DNA of 44,709 nucleotides from the sequence record SRR31156797_613. One strand, written 5' to 3'. The position numbers were made by a program, and so were the translations under genes. The notes under the pieces were generated by a model that worked only from the letters and a program-made list of their open reading frames with translations, did no database searches and had not been told where the DNA came from. Numbering within the stretch: position 1 is the first letter of the stretch; each line of letters begins with the position of its first letter. Positions 19,126-28,600 of the stretch are shown here, in pieces.

Positions 19126-20013
19126 TTATTTTTCCTCCACAGACAGCACATCGTTTAAGCCATCTCCCATCAGATTAAAGCCCATAACAATAACCACTAC
19201 CATAAGAGCAGGCATAATAGTCAACCACCAAAATTCTGGCAAATAAGCTATACCCTCTGAAACCATCGAACCTAATGAAGGTGTAGGAGGCTGTACTCCC
19301 AATCCGACGAAGCTCATGCTTGAAGCAACAATTATTATACTGCCCATATCCAGACTCATTTTTGTAATTATTGAAGATGTTATATTTGGTAACATTTCAA
19401 CAAAGATAATACGGAGCATCTTGACACCAGAAAGCTCGGTGTATTGTATATAGAGTTCATTTGATATTGAAGCAACCAAATTATATGTAATTCTGGTATA
19501 CCACGGCCACCATGCTACAGCTATACCCAAGGCTGCAAATCTATAATTATTCGAAAACATAGTGCAAATAACCATAGCTAGTATTAAAGGCGGGATCGAC
19601 ATAAAGAGCTCTGTAAAACGCATAATAAGTGTATCAAGCAAGGTCCCCTTGTAATAACCAGCTATTAGTCCAAGTATTACACCGAATGGAACAGCAATAG
19701 CGAGTACAATTATCCCGATACTCATAGATGGTCTTAGTCCTATCAGCATACGGCTAAAGACATCTCGCCCATATTCATCTGTTCCTGCAATGTGTTCAGC
19801 ACTAGGCGCTTCAAATGCTTCATCCATCTTAATTGATAGACCTTCGTCTTCCGGATAAGGAGCTAAACCAGTAGCGAATACAGTCATTATTATAACTGCG
19901 AGTACAATGAAAAGACCTAGCAATGATAATGGACTACGTGAGTATTTATACCATCCTTTTTTGAAAGATTCAATTCTTGGTCTTGGCTTTTTAGCAGTTG
20001 TTAAAGCTGTCAT
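19126..20013 (-). CDS. oppC: Peptide ABC transporter permease (OppC/DppC-like)
   Basis: APSAEHIAGTDEYGRDVFSR, SFVGLGVQPPTP and FNLMGDGLND motifs. Confidence 0.9.
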   Translation of the reverse strand: MTALTTAKKPRPRIESFKKGWYKYSRSPLSLLGLFIVLAVIIMTVFATGLAPYPEDEGLSIKMDEAFEAPSAEHIAGTDEYGRDVFSRMLIGLRPSMSIGIIVLAIAVPFGVILGLIAGYYKGTLLDTLIMRFTELFMSIPPLILAMVICTMFSNNYRFAALGIAVAWWPWYTRITYNLVASISNELYIQYTELSGVKMLRIIFVEMLPNITSSIITKMSLDMGSIIIVASSMSFVGLGVQPPTPSLGSMVSEGIAYLPEFWWLTIMPALMVVVIVMGFNLMGDGLNDVLSVEEK

Positions 20014-20016
20014 ATC

Positions 20017-21039
20017 TTAGTTCCCTCCCTTCAGGCGAATTCTTGGATCCAGTACAGAAACTCCCAGATCAATAAGCATATTTACAATTGCAAATATAAT
20101 TCCGAAGATAAATGTTATAGCTACGATTCCATAGGGGTCTTTGTTCATTATTACATTTAAACTGTACTGAGAAAACCCTGCATATCTGAATATAACCTCG
20201 ATGATAAAAGCATTTCCCAATAATGCTGCAACCTGCAAACCATATACAGTAAACGTTGGAATAAATGATGGCTTCATCAAGTGCTTAAAAATAAGTTTTT
20301 TTCTATTTACCCCAGCAACTTCAGCAAAAGCTATATAATCTGCGTTTTTATTCTCTACCATTGAGGCTCTGTGAATCCTTGCCTGATAGGCAATACTGCC
20401 AATTGATAGGCTTAGACATGGCAAAAACAAACTTTTAAGAACTTGAAAATATAGTTCAAAATCACCTGCGAGCAAAGCATCCAATCCTAAAGCCCCTGTT
20501 CTTATCATTGATTCATCCATAGAGGGCATACCACCTATAGGAAATAATTTCAAGCCATAGGAAAAAACTAATAAAAAGAATACTGCAAATGCATAAGGCG
20601 GCGTAACTACACCAAGATAAGTGAAAAACCTTATAACATTGTCCACCCATGTGTTTTTAAACAGGGCTGATACAGTACCAAAAAGAACTCCCATTATCAA
20701 AATAATAATTGCTGAATAGAATGCCAGTTCCAGAGAACGAGGCAAATATGTAGCTATATCCTCAGATACTGCACGATGAGTATACAATGACTGTCCGAAA
20801 TCTCCTTCAGTAACAACTCCCTTAATCCAATGGAGATATTGTACTACTAACGGACGGTCAAAGTACAATTCACTCCTAAGCTTTTCAATTGTCTCTTCTG
20901 GAACCATAGGACCCAAAGAACTACGAACCGGGTCCCCTGGAATAAGACGAATAAAGGAAAAGATGACAAAAGAAAGCAGCAAGAGAATTAAAATTGTATG
21001 TCCGAACCTTTTTAGCACCTTGATTAATCTGTTTTTCAT
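20017..21039 (-). CDS. oppB: Peptide ABC transporter permease (OppB/DppB-like)
   Basis: RLIPGDPV, GDFGQS, IEVIFRY.G and LDPRIR motifs. Confidence 0.9.
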   Translation of the reverse strand: MKNRLIKVLKRFGHTILILLLLSFVIFSFIRLIPGDPVRSSLGPMVPEETIEKLRSELYFDRPLVVQYLHWIKGVVTEGDFGQSLYTHRAVSEDIATYLPRSLELAFYSAIIILIMGVLFGTVSALFKNTWVDNVIRFFTYLGVVTPPYAFAVFFLLVFSYGLKLFPIGGMPSMDESMIRTGALGLDALLAGDFELYFQVLKSLFLPCLSLSIGSIAYQARIHRASMVENKNADYIAFAEVAGVNRKKLIFKHLMKPSFIPTFTVYGLQVAALLGNAFIIEVIFRYAGFSQYSLNVIMNKDPYGIVAITFIFGIIFAIVNMLIDLGVSVLDPRIRLKGGN

Positions 21040-21057
21040 TCTAATAAATCTCCTAAT

Positions 21058-21093
21058 AAAAGATGATGAGGGAGAAATAAATCTCCTTCATCA
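21058..21093 (-). terminator. Hairpin after the SBP gene (partial terminator or mRNA stabiliser)
   Basis: TGATGAGGGAGA-AATAAA-TCTCCTTCATCA (21064-21093), followed by TCTTTT on the minus strand. Confidence 0.55.
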
Positions 21094-21120
21094 AATCAAT
21101 ACTAATTGTATATAATGTTC

Positions 21121-22779
21121 CTATTTCATTACAAAGTCTGCATAGTAATAGTTGTATGCTTCGTTTGCATGAGCTGTACCGCCGTCAGACAATTTCCATG
21201 TAAATACCTCTGAGTTCCATACAGGCTTTACAACACTCATGAAAGGATAAACAGAAGGTACAACGTCTTCTTGTAAATATTCTTGCATTGCAATATACTT
21301 CTCTAGACGTTCATCATCGTCAAGTGTAGATAATGCATCACTTAACATTTCATCAAAAGTTTCGTCCTGCAACCACTCATTTTGATTCCAGTTACCAACT
21401 GTCCATGAAGCATATTTGAATTCAAGTATAGAACCTGCTTCAGGATAATTTGCTGAACAGAATAGATTTGTAACATTCGGGCTTGTTTCTATAGCACTTT
21501 CGTTATTACAGAATAGTACCCATGGTACTTCGTTCAATGTTACTGTGAATCCCAAAGACTCCAGACTGCTTGCTAATAGCATTGCCAGCTTACCAGTATC
21601 GCCGTTTCCTTGAATATAAGCTAACTCGATTGGATAGTCTGCTAAATTATCTGCATATTGAGACAATGCAATTTCTTCAGCTGCTTTATCTAGATCATAG
21701 TCGTAAGTAACAAGGTCACTGGCAGCTCCCCACAATGTTGATGGAACAGGACCAGTAGCTTCTGGCATTCCGCCGTACATTTCTGACATTTCTGCAGTAT
21801 TTGAAGCATAAGAGATAGCCTTACGTATATGAATGTCATCAGTTGGAGCTTTCTTAGTATTGAGCATAAAGTAGTTTAGACCCATCTCTGGAATATCACC
21901 TGCTTCAATTCCCTCCTGAGCAGTCATAGCTGTAATAGTAGTACTTTCCTGATGTCCGTGAACCATATCCACTTCTCCGCTGGACAGAAGCATTTTTGAA
22001 GTTGCAGCATCCTGAAGCTCAGTTATCACTACATTATCGGGAGCATCAGAAGAGATTTCCTTCCAGTAGTTTTCATTTTTACTTAGAGTCAATGACTCGT
22101 GAATATTGAACTCAGAAATCACATATGGACCAGAACCAGCTGCATTGTCAAGCAGGTAAGTAGTACCATAGTCACCATTGTCGCCATAATCACCATCTGC
22201 TGTATTAGCTTCAAGTAATGTTTTATTAACTACACGGAAACAAGTCAGTGCATTTATAAACGGACCAAATGCTTCTGTTAGCTTAAACTCAACTTTATAA
22301 TCGTCTATTACAGAAACTGATTCAATAATATCAGTGAATATAAACGCATAGCCTTCACCAATAGCCAGCATACGTTCCATACTGTATTTAACATCTTCAG
22401 CAGTCAATGGTGTACCATCGCTGAAAACTGCATCATCTCTTAAGTTGAATTCCCAAGTCAGTCCATCCTCAGAGAATGTCCAGTCAGTAGCTAAATAAGG
22501 CTCAGCACCGCCATCATCAGCATTTGGAATCACCAATGTTTCATAAATATTTACAAAAATCAGTTCATCATTCTCACCAGAACCTCTTGCTGGGTCCAAA
22601 GTTTCAGGTGTTACTGTAGCTGTACCTTTCAAAGTTGTCGGTTCTTCAACAGCTGCTGTTTCTGTTTCCACAGTTTCAGCTGGTGACGTAGGTGTGTCGC
22701 TCTCTGGTGCACCACATGCTGAAACCAACAGCATAATTCCTGCAAGCAGAGCGCATAAAATCGTCTTGATCCTTTTCAT
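21121..22779 (-). CDS. oppA: Family 5 ABC solute-binding lipoprotein (OppA/DppA-like)
   Basis: Start reset to MKRIKTIL (ATG 22779, AAGGAG RBS). Lipobox LVSAC. TLDP, IYETL, FSDGTPLTAEDVKYS and GSGPY motifs. Confidence 0.9.
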   Translation of the reverse strand: MKRIKTILCALLAGIMLLVSACGAPESDTPTSPAETVETETAAVEEPTTLKGTATVTPETLDPARGSGENDELIFVNIYETLVIPNADDGGAEPYLATDWTFSEDGLTWEFNLRDDAVFSDGTPLTAEDVKYSMERMLAIGEGYAFIFTDIIESVSVIDDYKVEFKLTEAFGPFINALTCFRVVNKTLLEANTADGDYGDNGDYGTTYLLDNAAGSGPYVISEFNIHESLTLSKNENYWKEISSDAPDNVVITELQDAATSKMLLSSGEVDMVHGHQESTTITAMTAQEGIEAGDIPEMGLNYFMLNTKKAPTDDIHIRKAISYASNTAEMSEMYGGMPEATGPVPSTLWGAASDLVTYDYDLDKAAEEIALSQYADNLADYPIELAYIQGNGDTGKLAMLLASSLESLGFTVTLNEVPWVLFCNNESAIETSPNVTNLFCSANYPEAGSILEFKYASWTVGNWNQNEWLQDETFDEMLSDALSTLDDDERLEKYIAMQEYLQEDVVPSVYPFMSVVKPVWNSEVFTWKLSDGGTAHANEAYNYYYADFVMK

Positions 22780-22792
22780 AGTTTTTCTCCTT

Positions 22793-24187
22793 TTATAATT
22801 TTGAAAGTGCATATATCGCCAAAGCATACATTTTTGCATTTTGTACAATGTTAGCACCTAAAGTTTTTTCGTTAGGCATATGTACTGTCAGTACTTCCTT
22901 TGGATAAACTGCTCCGAAACATACACAGTTATCAAATGCTCTTGCATAAGTGCCTCCGCCTATAGAATAGAGCACGGGTTCTTCGTTAGTAACAATCGCG
23001 TAAACATCACAAAGAGTTTTTATCAAACTACTGTCATCAGGCACATATAATGGATATTTAATGTGTTTATTAACTCTCTTATATCCCACCTTTGAAAAAG
23101 CATTGTCAGTATCTTTTACAATCTCGTCTAAATTAGCAGTTACTGGTGTTCGTATATCAAATTTTAATGAAATACCATTGTCATCAAGCTTCATCATTCC
23201 AAGATTTACAGTCAATGCACCTGATTCTTTGTCACTGCAGGCAATTCCCAACGCTTTACCATCATGAGTATCACCAATTAAATTTAAAATCGAATTAAAC
23301 TCAGTTTTCAACTCATCATCTAAAGGCTCAACATTGCTTAAAACTTTCAGCATAGCTTCAATAGCATTAACACCATTATCAGGTGACATGGCATGAGAGC
23401 TCTTCCCTCTAGTAATAACTTTCGCACCTGACTTATTGGCTTCAAGTATTACTTTGGCCCCATTAGATATTTCAGAGCGTTTAATCGCCTTTTCTACATC
23501 TTCCACACTGCTAGGGAGTAAAGCTTCTGCCTTAGATGGTACTAGATTCCCGGCTTCTCCAGCTTCAATATTTACATTGGACACAGATACTTTCTTTACG
23601 TAATCTGTGGAAAATATCCCTTTTTCACGATTAACTACTGTAAACATACCGTCTGGTGAAAAGCTGACATCAGGAGTTTCCAGATGCTCTTTATAGTAAT
23701 TTATACCCCGCCAGTCAGTTTCTTCATTAGTACCGATAATTACACGTATACGCTTTTTGGGAGTAAATCCCAACTTCTTTAGAGCGTACATACCATAAAG
23801 CACTGACAGCAGAGGACCTTTGTCATCCGCAACACCACGACCGCAAAAATATCCGTCCTTTTCAATCATCTCAAAAGGCGGTGTTTCCCACATTTCTTCA
23901 TCGCCGGCAGGCACTACGTCCACATGAGCGAGTATACCGACCAATTCGTTACCTTCACCCCAATCAATAGTTCCTACATAACCTTCATGATTAGCAGTTG
24001 TAAAGCCCATTTTATCTGCTACTGCCAAAGCTGAATCCAGAGCATCTGCAACAGCTCTTCCAAACGGAGCATCTGATTCAGATTCACCCTCAACACTAGG
24101 AATAGCAATCAAATCTCTTAAGTTACTAAACAGTGTTTCCGAATCGCTGTCAACGATTTGTGAAATCTGTTCCAATACTTTTTTCAT
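22793..24187 (-). CDS. pepV: M20 dipeptidase, PepV/Sapep-like
   Basis: ILAHVDVVP, GRGVADDKGP, GTNEE, SPD, GGGTYAR and HMPNE motifs. Confidence 0.85.
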   Translation of the reverse strand: MKKVLEQISQIVDSDSETLFSNLRDLIAIPSVEGESESDAPFGRAVADALDSALAVADKMGFTTANHEGYVGTIDWGEGNELVGILAHVDVVPAGDEEMWETPPFEMIEKDGYFCGRGVADDKGPLLSVLYGMYALKKLGFTPKKRIRVIIGTNEETDWRGINYYKEHLETPDVSFSPDGMFTVVNREKGIFSTDYVKKVSVSNVNIEAGEAGNLVPSKAEALLPSSVEDVEKAIKRSEISNGAKVILEANKSGAKVITRGKSSHAMSPDNGVNAIEAMLKVLSNVEPLDDELKTEFNSILNLIGDTHDGKALGIACSDKESGALTVNLGMMKLDDNGISLKFDIRTPVTANLDEIVKDTDNAFSKVGYKRVNKHIKYPLYVPDDSSLIKTLCDVYAIVTNEEPVLYSIGGGTYARAFDNCVCFGAVYPKEVLTVHMPNEKTLGANIVQNAKMYALAIYALSKL

Positions 24188-24188
24188 T

Positions 24189-25256
24189 TTAGTAGCCTGC
24201 CACGCCTAGTTCATTGCATATCTTTACTAGCTCAGGTTCTACATAGAATCCTTTTTCTTCGATAGCAACTCCATCACAGAATATTGAAGGATTCAAAATG
24301 ATTCCGTCAGTATGGTTTGCAGCTACCCAGCTTTTACCGCCTAAGCCTTCGCCTTGAGTACCAATTCCGATTTCCACACATCCAAAAATCCTTTCATCTT
24401 CCTCAATACGGCCTGTAGGCTCTGGTACACCTGGATTAAATCCACATGAAATATGAGCAACCCAATACATTTTTGGATCGTTCCAGCTTGCCATCCACTT
24501 TTTAAATAGGTGCGCTTCGCGACCCTCGCCCTCTATCTTGGTTACAACACCTTTTTCTACTGTTAATTTCACGGAATTTTCCATAACACCGATTTCCTGT
24601 GGTGGGAATAGTCCGCCGTCAAATACTATTGTTCCATTAATTGTTTCCTCAATAGGACACATAGATGTTTGTCCGCTTAACATTACTGATGTACCAGGAG
24701 CTGCATATGTACCGCTTTGTTCGCAGGTACGTCCCTCGCATGAGAAAGTAATATCAGTTCCTCCGGGACTAGTAATTCTCATATCTTTTGCAGAATTATG
24801 TAAATCTACAAGACGTTTACCCAGTTCTACAATCTTTTTATGGTCATATCTACCTATTACATTAATAAGCATGTTTATATCCATAGCAGCAGCAGTAATC
24901 TGACGTGTACCGCAATCCATCGCTTGCTTCCATCCTCTTGTGTAGAAAAGCTGATAATCATACTCAATCCACACATCAGCAGCCTTAATAGCTTCCAATA
25001 CTGTTTTAGTAGGTTCAATCATAATAGCTTGGTCTAAGCTTGCTGGGAATTGCATTACAATTGGGTAAGCTCCCATAGCATGTGCTGCACTTGCTGTAGC
25101 ATTAATGACACGGTCATCATTTGTAGTGTCACAAGTAATCAAAACAGTTTCTCCAGGCTTAACCATTAAAATTTCTGTCAGCATTTTCTGCGCTGCTTTT
25201 TGTATCTCCCAATTTAGATAATATGTACGTCCTTCCGCTTGTGTTGATGCTTTCAT
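24189..25256 (-). CDS. M29/aminopeptidase-T-fold metalloprotein with atypical metal ligands
   Basis: VKPGETVLITCD, ITSPGGTDITF, GTIVFDG, GFNP, EEDER and HTD pattern of the leucyl-aminopeptidase/NicX fold. Confidence 0.72.
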   Translation of the reverse strand: MKASTQAEGRTYYLNWEIQKAAQKMLTEILMVKPGETVLITCDTTNDDRVINATASAAHAMGAYPIVMQFPASLDQAIMIEPTKTVLEAIKAADVWIEYDYQLFYTRGWKQAMDCGTRQITAAAMDINMLINVIGRYDHKKIVELGKRLVDLHNSAKDMRITSPGGTDITFSCEGRTCEQSGTYAAPGTSVMLSGQTSMCPIEETINGTIVFDGGLFPPQEIGVMENSVKLTVEKGVVTKIEGEGREAHLFKKWMASWNDPKMYWVAHISCGFNPGVPEPTGRIEEDERIFGCVEIGIGTQGEGLGGKSWVAANHTDGIILNPSIFCDGVAIEEKGFYVEPELVKICNELGVAGY

Positions 25257-25321
25257 TTCTTTCTCCTTTTCAAAATGTTTATTTCTATATTAATCTTTCC
25301 ATTTTCTTTACTTGTATGTTT

Positions 25322-26530
25322 CTATTCTCTATATTTCCTTAATGCGTTTGCAATCTTTTCCATAGCCTTTATGGCCAAACTATCATCTCTTAAGCAGCCA
25401 TGAATAATTCTTAGGCATCCTACGCCTTGAGAACCGTAATTCTTACCATCATTAACTGCTACTTTCGCTTCCTTTATTAAATAATCTGTAATTTTCGTTG
25501 AATCTCCTAAATCAGATACATCTATCCAGCAATAAAAGCCTGATTCTGGCATAAGCATCTTGACTCCTGTTACACTTCCTAGGATTTCATAAGCTGCCTT
25601 GCGACGTAAATCATATGTCTTTTTATATTCTTGCATGAATTCCGGATACTTGAATGCTTCAACCGCTCCTATCTGCGAAGCAGTATTAGTTGCACCAAGC
25701 ACATTAACCGCTGCACCGTAAAAGATATCCATCAAAGTATCGCATGCAACAATATATCCAACTCTGAATCCTGACAATCCCATACCTTTTGATATGGAGC
25801 AGACCGTCACTGTCCTTTCCCACATTTCAGATAAAGACGCTGGTGTTACGAATTCAATGTCATCAAATACCATATCCTCAAATGCCTGATCCACTACTAA
25901 AATCAAGTCATGCCTAATAACAAATTCAGCTAACTGCTCCAATTCCTCACGCCTAAATACCGTTGTTGTAGGATTATTAGGATGAGTCAGCAATACCATT
26001 TTTGTCTTATCAGTTACTGCTTCTTCAAAATCATTTATATCTATGCTATATCCATTTTCTTTATTTAGGGGTACTGATACAGCCTCTCCTCCCATCAATT
26101 TTGGATTCAAGAAATTACTGGGATAACTCGGGTCAGGTACCAAGACCTCATCACCTGGATTAATAAAGATTGACATTGCATAATATAGTCCTGAGTCTGA
26201 ACCGGGTGTAATAATAATATTACGTTTAGGGTCTACATCCAGCCCATTTAATCTCTTACACTTCTTAGCAATCTCTTCCCGTAGTTCCAGTAATCCTATG
26301 GGCATAATGTAATGGGATGGAAATCCCGATTCATATGCATTTATCATTGCCTTTTTCACATGCCTCGGAATGGATGGATCAGGATAGAATGGATCAGCCC
26401 AGCCCATAAGAGCAACATTATTCTCAGCCATAGACGCAAAATTATCTCCCACATCTGCTTTTGTTACCTTCGAGAATAGTCCGCCTTCCACATCACGAAA
26501 TCCATCGGTAACTTTATCTTTTATACTCAT
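25322..26530 (-). CDS. PLP-dependent class I/II aminotransferase
   Basis: ITPGS, PNNPT, VVDQAF and SISKGMGLSGFRVG (PLP lysine). Start at ATG 26530 after GGAGG. Confidence 0.9.
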   Translation of the reverse strand: MSIKDKVTDGFRDVEGGLFSKVTKADVGDNFASMAENNVALMGWADPFYPDPSIPRHVKKAMINAYESGFPSHYIMPIGLLELREEIAKKCKRLNGLDVDPKRNIIITPGSDSGLYYAMSIFINPGDEVLVPDPSYPSNFLNPKLMGGEAVSVPLNKENGYSIDINDFEEAVTDKTKMVLLTHPNNPTTTVFRREELEQLAEFVIRHDLILVVDQAFEDMVFDDIEFVTPASLSEMWERTVTVCSISKGMGLSGFRVGYIVACDTLMDIFYGAAVNVLGATNTASQIGAVEAFKYPEFMQEYKKTYDLRRKAAYEILGSVTGVKMLMPESGFYCWIDVSDLGDSTKITDYLIKEAKVAVNDGKNYGSQGVGCLRIIHGCLRDDSLAIKAMEKIANALRKYRE

Positions 26531-26563
26531 TGAAGCCTCCAAACTTTATAACAGTATTCCCAT

Positions 26564-26941
26564 TTATAGTGCAACTATTGCGTCAATCTCCACCAATACA
26601 TTCTTTGGTAACTGAGATACTTCTACAACAAATCTAGCTGGTGCTTCATCGCTAAAAAAATTCTTGTACACTTCATTTATCTTTGAAAATGATTCCATGT
26701 CTTTGATGAAAAGTCCGCACTTAAGAATATTTTCTGCACCACTACCCGCTTGTTCTGCTACAGCCAGTATATTCTTCATAGACTGCTTTACCTGTTCCTC
26801 GAGACTTTTGGGTATTGTACCGCTGTCTGGGTCAATGGGAAGTTGTCCGGAAATGTACAATGTACCGTTTGCAGCTACACCCTGCGAATATGGTCCTATG
26901 GCCGCTGGAGCTTTGTTTGTTTGAATAATCTTCTTTTTCAT
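26564..26941 (-). CDS. ridA: RidA-family reactive imine/enamine deaminase
   Basis: APAAIGPYSQ, ISGQLP, PAR (catalytic Arg), LPK and VEIDAI motifs. Confidence 0.92.
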   Translation of the reverse strand: MKKKIIQTNKAPAAIGPYSQGVAANGTLYISGQLPIDPDSGTIPKSLEEQVKQSMKNILAVAEQAGSGAENILKCGLFIKDMESFSKINEVYKNFFSDEAPARFVVEVSQLPKNVLVEIDAIVAL

Positions 26942-27014
26942 TTATATCTTCTGCCTTCTGTTTTATTTAATGAATTTGCAAGCTGTATTTTAGCCGCTAA
27001 TTGAAAACAATTTG

Positions 27015-27078
27015 AAAAATAAAAACTAAAGGAGCCATAAGAAATCAATGAAATATTTCTCATAGCTCCTTTGCTATG
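27015..27078 (-). promoter_or_regulatory. Leader attenuator: ANTAR-type hairpin overlapping an intrinsic terminator
   Basis: Minus strand CATAGC-AAAGGA-GCTATG hairpin (27078-27061) overlaps the 5' arm of an 18-bp stem (27072-27028, two G-U pairs), followed by AGTTTTTATTTTT. Confidence 0.6.
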
Positions 27079-27084
27079 TATGCT

Positions 27085-27113
27085 ATTATACATACAGAAT
27101 AGTATTGTGTCAA
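27085..27113 (-). promoter_or_regulatory. Consensus sigma-A promoter of the ridA-peptidase-ABC operon
   Basis: TTGACA (27113-27108), 17 bp spacer, TATAAT (27090-27085). Confidence 0.8.
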
Positions 27114-27118
27114 CGTTT

Positions 27119-27213
27119 TACTGAAATATATTTCAGTATTGTTATAATTATTAGCAGTTTTTACCCTGTATTTGTTAATATATTTCATTTATTAACAATG
27201 AAATAAATTTCAT
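27119..27213. promoter_or_regulatory. Two TGAAAT-N2-ATTTCA palindromes, candidate YheO-family operators
   Basis: TACTGAAATATATTTCAGTA (27119-27138, perfect) and ATGAAATAAATTTCAT (27198-27213). Confidence 0.55.
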
Positions 27214-27221
27214 ATATTTTC

Positions 27222-27250
27222 TTGACGCATATGTTTTTTATATCTATAAT
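27222..27250 (+). promoter_or_regulatory. Sigma-A promoter of the YheO-like regulator
   Basis: TTGACG (27222-27227), 17 bp spacer, TATAAT (27245-27250). Confidence 0.75.
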
Positions 27251-27326
27251 ATCTTGTATATGGCATTTGAATATATTTAATAGCTATTATTAAATAATTA
27301 CATGCTTACTACACAGGAGAATATAA

Positions 27327-27992
27327 ATGGATGATTTAAATGTTACTCTAACCCCTACAGACAAAATCGTATTAGAATCATACAAAACGTTCGCTGAAGG
27401 ACTATGCGACTATTTGGGTTCTGGCTACGAATTTGTTCTCCATAGCTTGGAGGATATAGACAACTCTGTCATTAAGATTTTGAATGGATTTCATACCGGA
27501 AGATGCGAGGGTGCACCTATTACAGACCTTGCACTAGAAATGCTTTCACGCATTAAACAGTCTGATGATATACCTTACATTTCATATTTCAGTAAAAACA
27601 GAAACGATGAACCTCTCCGTTGTACAACTATTGTTATCAAGGGGGAAAATGAAAGAATTATCGGACTGATGTGCATTAATTTCTATATGAATTCATCACT
27701 TTTAGATGTTATATCTCCTATGATTTCAGATAATGATTCGTTCTTTTCTACTAATGAAAATTTCGCAAATAACGCAGAAGATGTAATAGAAAAAGCCGTT
27801 AAAAAAGCACGTAAGCGAGTACATAACGATGATAATATTACTACCAGCATGAAAAATCGTGAGATTATAGCAGAACTGCAGAGAAAGGGTATTTTCGGGT
27901 TGAAAGACGGTGTCATCCTTACTGCGGAAATACTCCAAATATCAAAAAATACTGTTTATATGCACTTGCGTAATCTTAATGGAAAATCATAA
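27327..27992 (+). CDS. YheO-like PAS-HTH transcriptional regulator
   Basis: EFVLHSLED, NGFHTGR..GAPITDLAL, IGLMCIN and C-terminal GIF.LKD..A..L.ISKNTVYMHLR. Confidence 0.9.
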   Translation: MDDLNVTLTPTDKIVLESYKTFAEGLCDYLGSGYEFVLHSLEDIDNSVIKILNGFHTGRCEGAPITDLALEMLSRIKQSDDIPYISYFSKNRNDEPLRCTTIVIKGENERIIGLMCINFYMNSSLLDVISPMISDNDSFFSTNENFANNAEDVIEKAVKKARKRVHNDDNITTSMKNREIIAELQRKGIFGLKDGVILTAEILQISKNTVYMHLRNLNGKS

Positions 27993-28243
27993 TAAATATT
28001 GATTTAAGAAATTATATTTACCGAAGTACTATATGCTTAAATGGCATTCACTGCTGTTAGTAATCACTTATATCTACTAGTCCTCATAACTGCTAATAGC
28101 AGATTAATGATAATACTCTGATATAATCATAAGCAAACTATATTATTTCATTTATAAGCATTTTTTTAGTAAAACCAGCAAAAATAATAAATATATTAGC
28201 AGATTGACTGTATTAACAAATAAACTGGAATGGAATACAAAAT

Positions 28244-28600
28244 ATGAACGATAAATTTACACTATATACTCTCAAAGTTGAAACAATTGCTACAGATAAA
28301 CCAATGGTCTGCGGTCATAAAGCAGGGGATTACTTTTTGGTTGAGGGAGAGGATTTGATATTCCCAGAAAATAACCGCTTTTCTCTTTATGCTTTAAGTG
28401 CATTATTACCTCTGATTCCAGCTAAACAGAGAGAATTGGATTCCAATGATTGGATGTTATCAGATTGCGAAATCGCATGTCCGGACCCAAATTGCGGTGC
28501 ACGATTTAGAATTACTCGTATAGGAACTAAAGAATTCAAACATTCTGATTGTACAATGGTGCCAATTAATAATGAAAAGAGGGATAGTAAAAATGGTTGA
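28244..28600 (+). CDS. TIGR04076-like small Cys-containing protein of unknown function
   Basis: C.HKAGDYF..EGE, FSLYALSALLPLIPAKQR and ACPDPNCGARFRI pattern. Overlaps the downstream AKR start. Confidence 0.75.
   Translation: MNDKFTLYTLKVETIATDKPMVCGHKAGDYFLVEGEDLIFPENNRFSLYALSALLPLIPAKQRELDSNDWMLSDCEIACPDPNCGARFRITRIGTKEFKHSDCTMVPINNEKRDSKNG

Noticed and set aside
26938..27063. 41-codon minus-strand leader ORF (MRNISLISYGSF...) whose TGA overlaps the ridA ATG
   Set aside because: The SD-like AGGAG is only 2 nt from the ATG and is better explained as the hairpin loop and terminator arm. There is no clear regulatory codon run. It is not strictly excluded.
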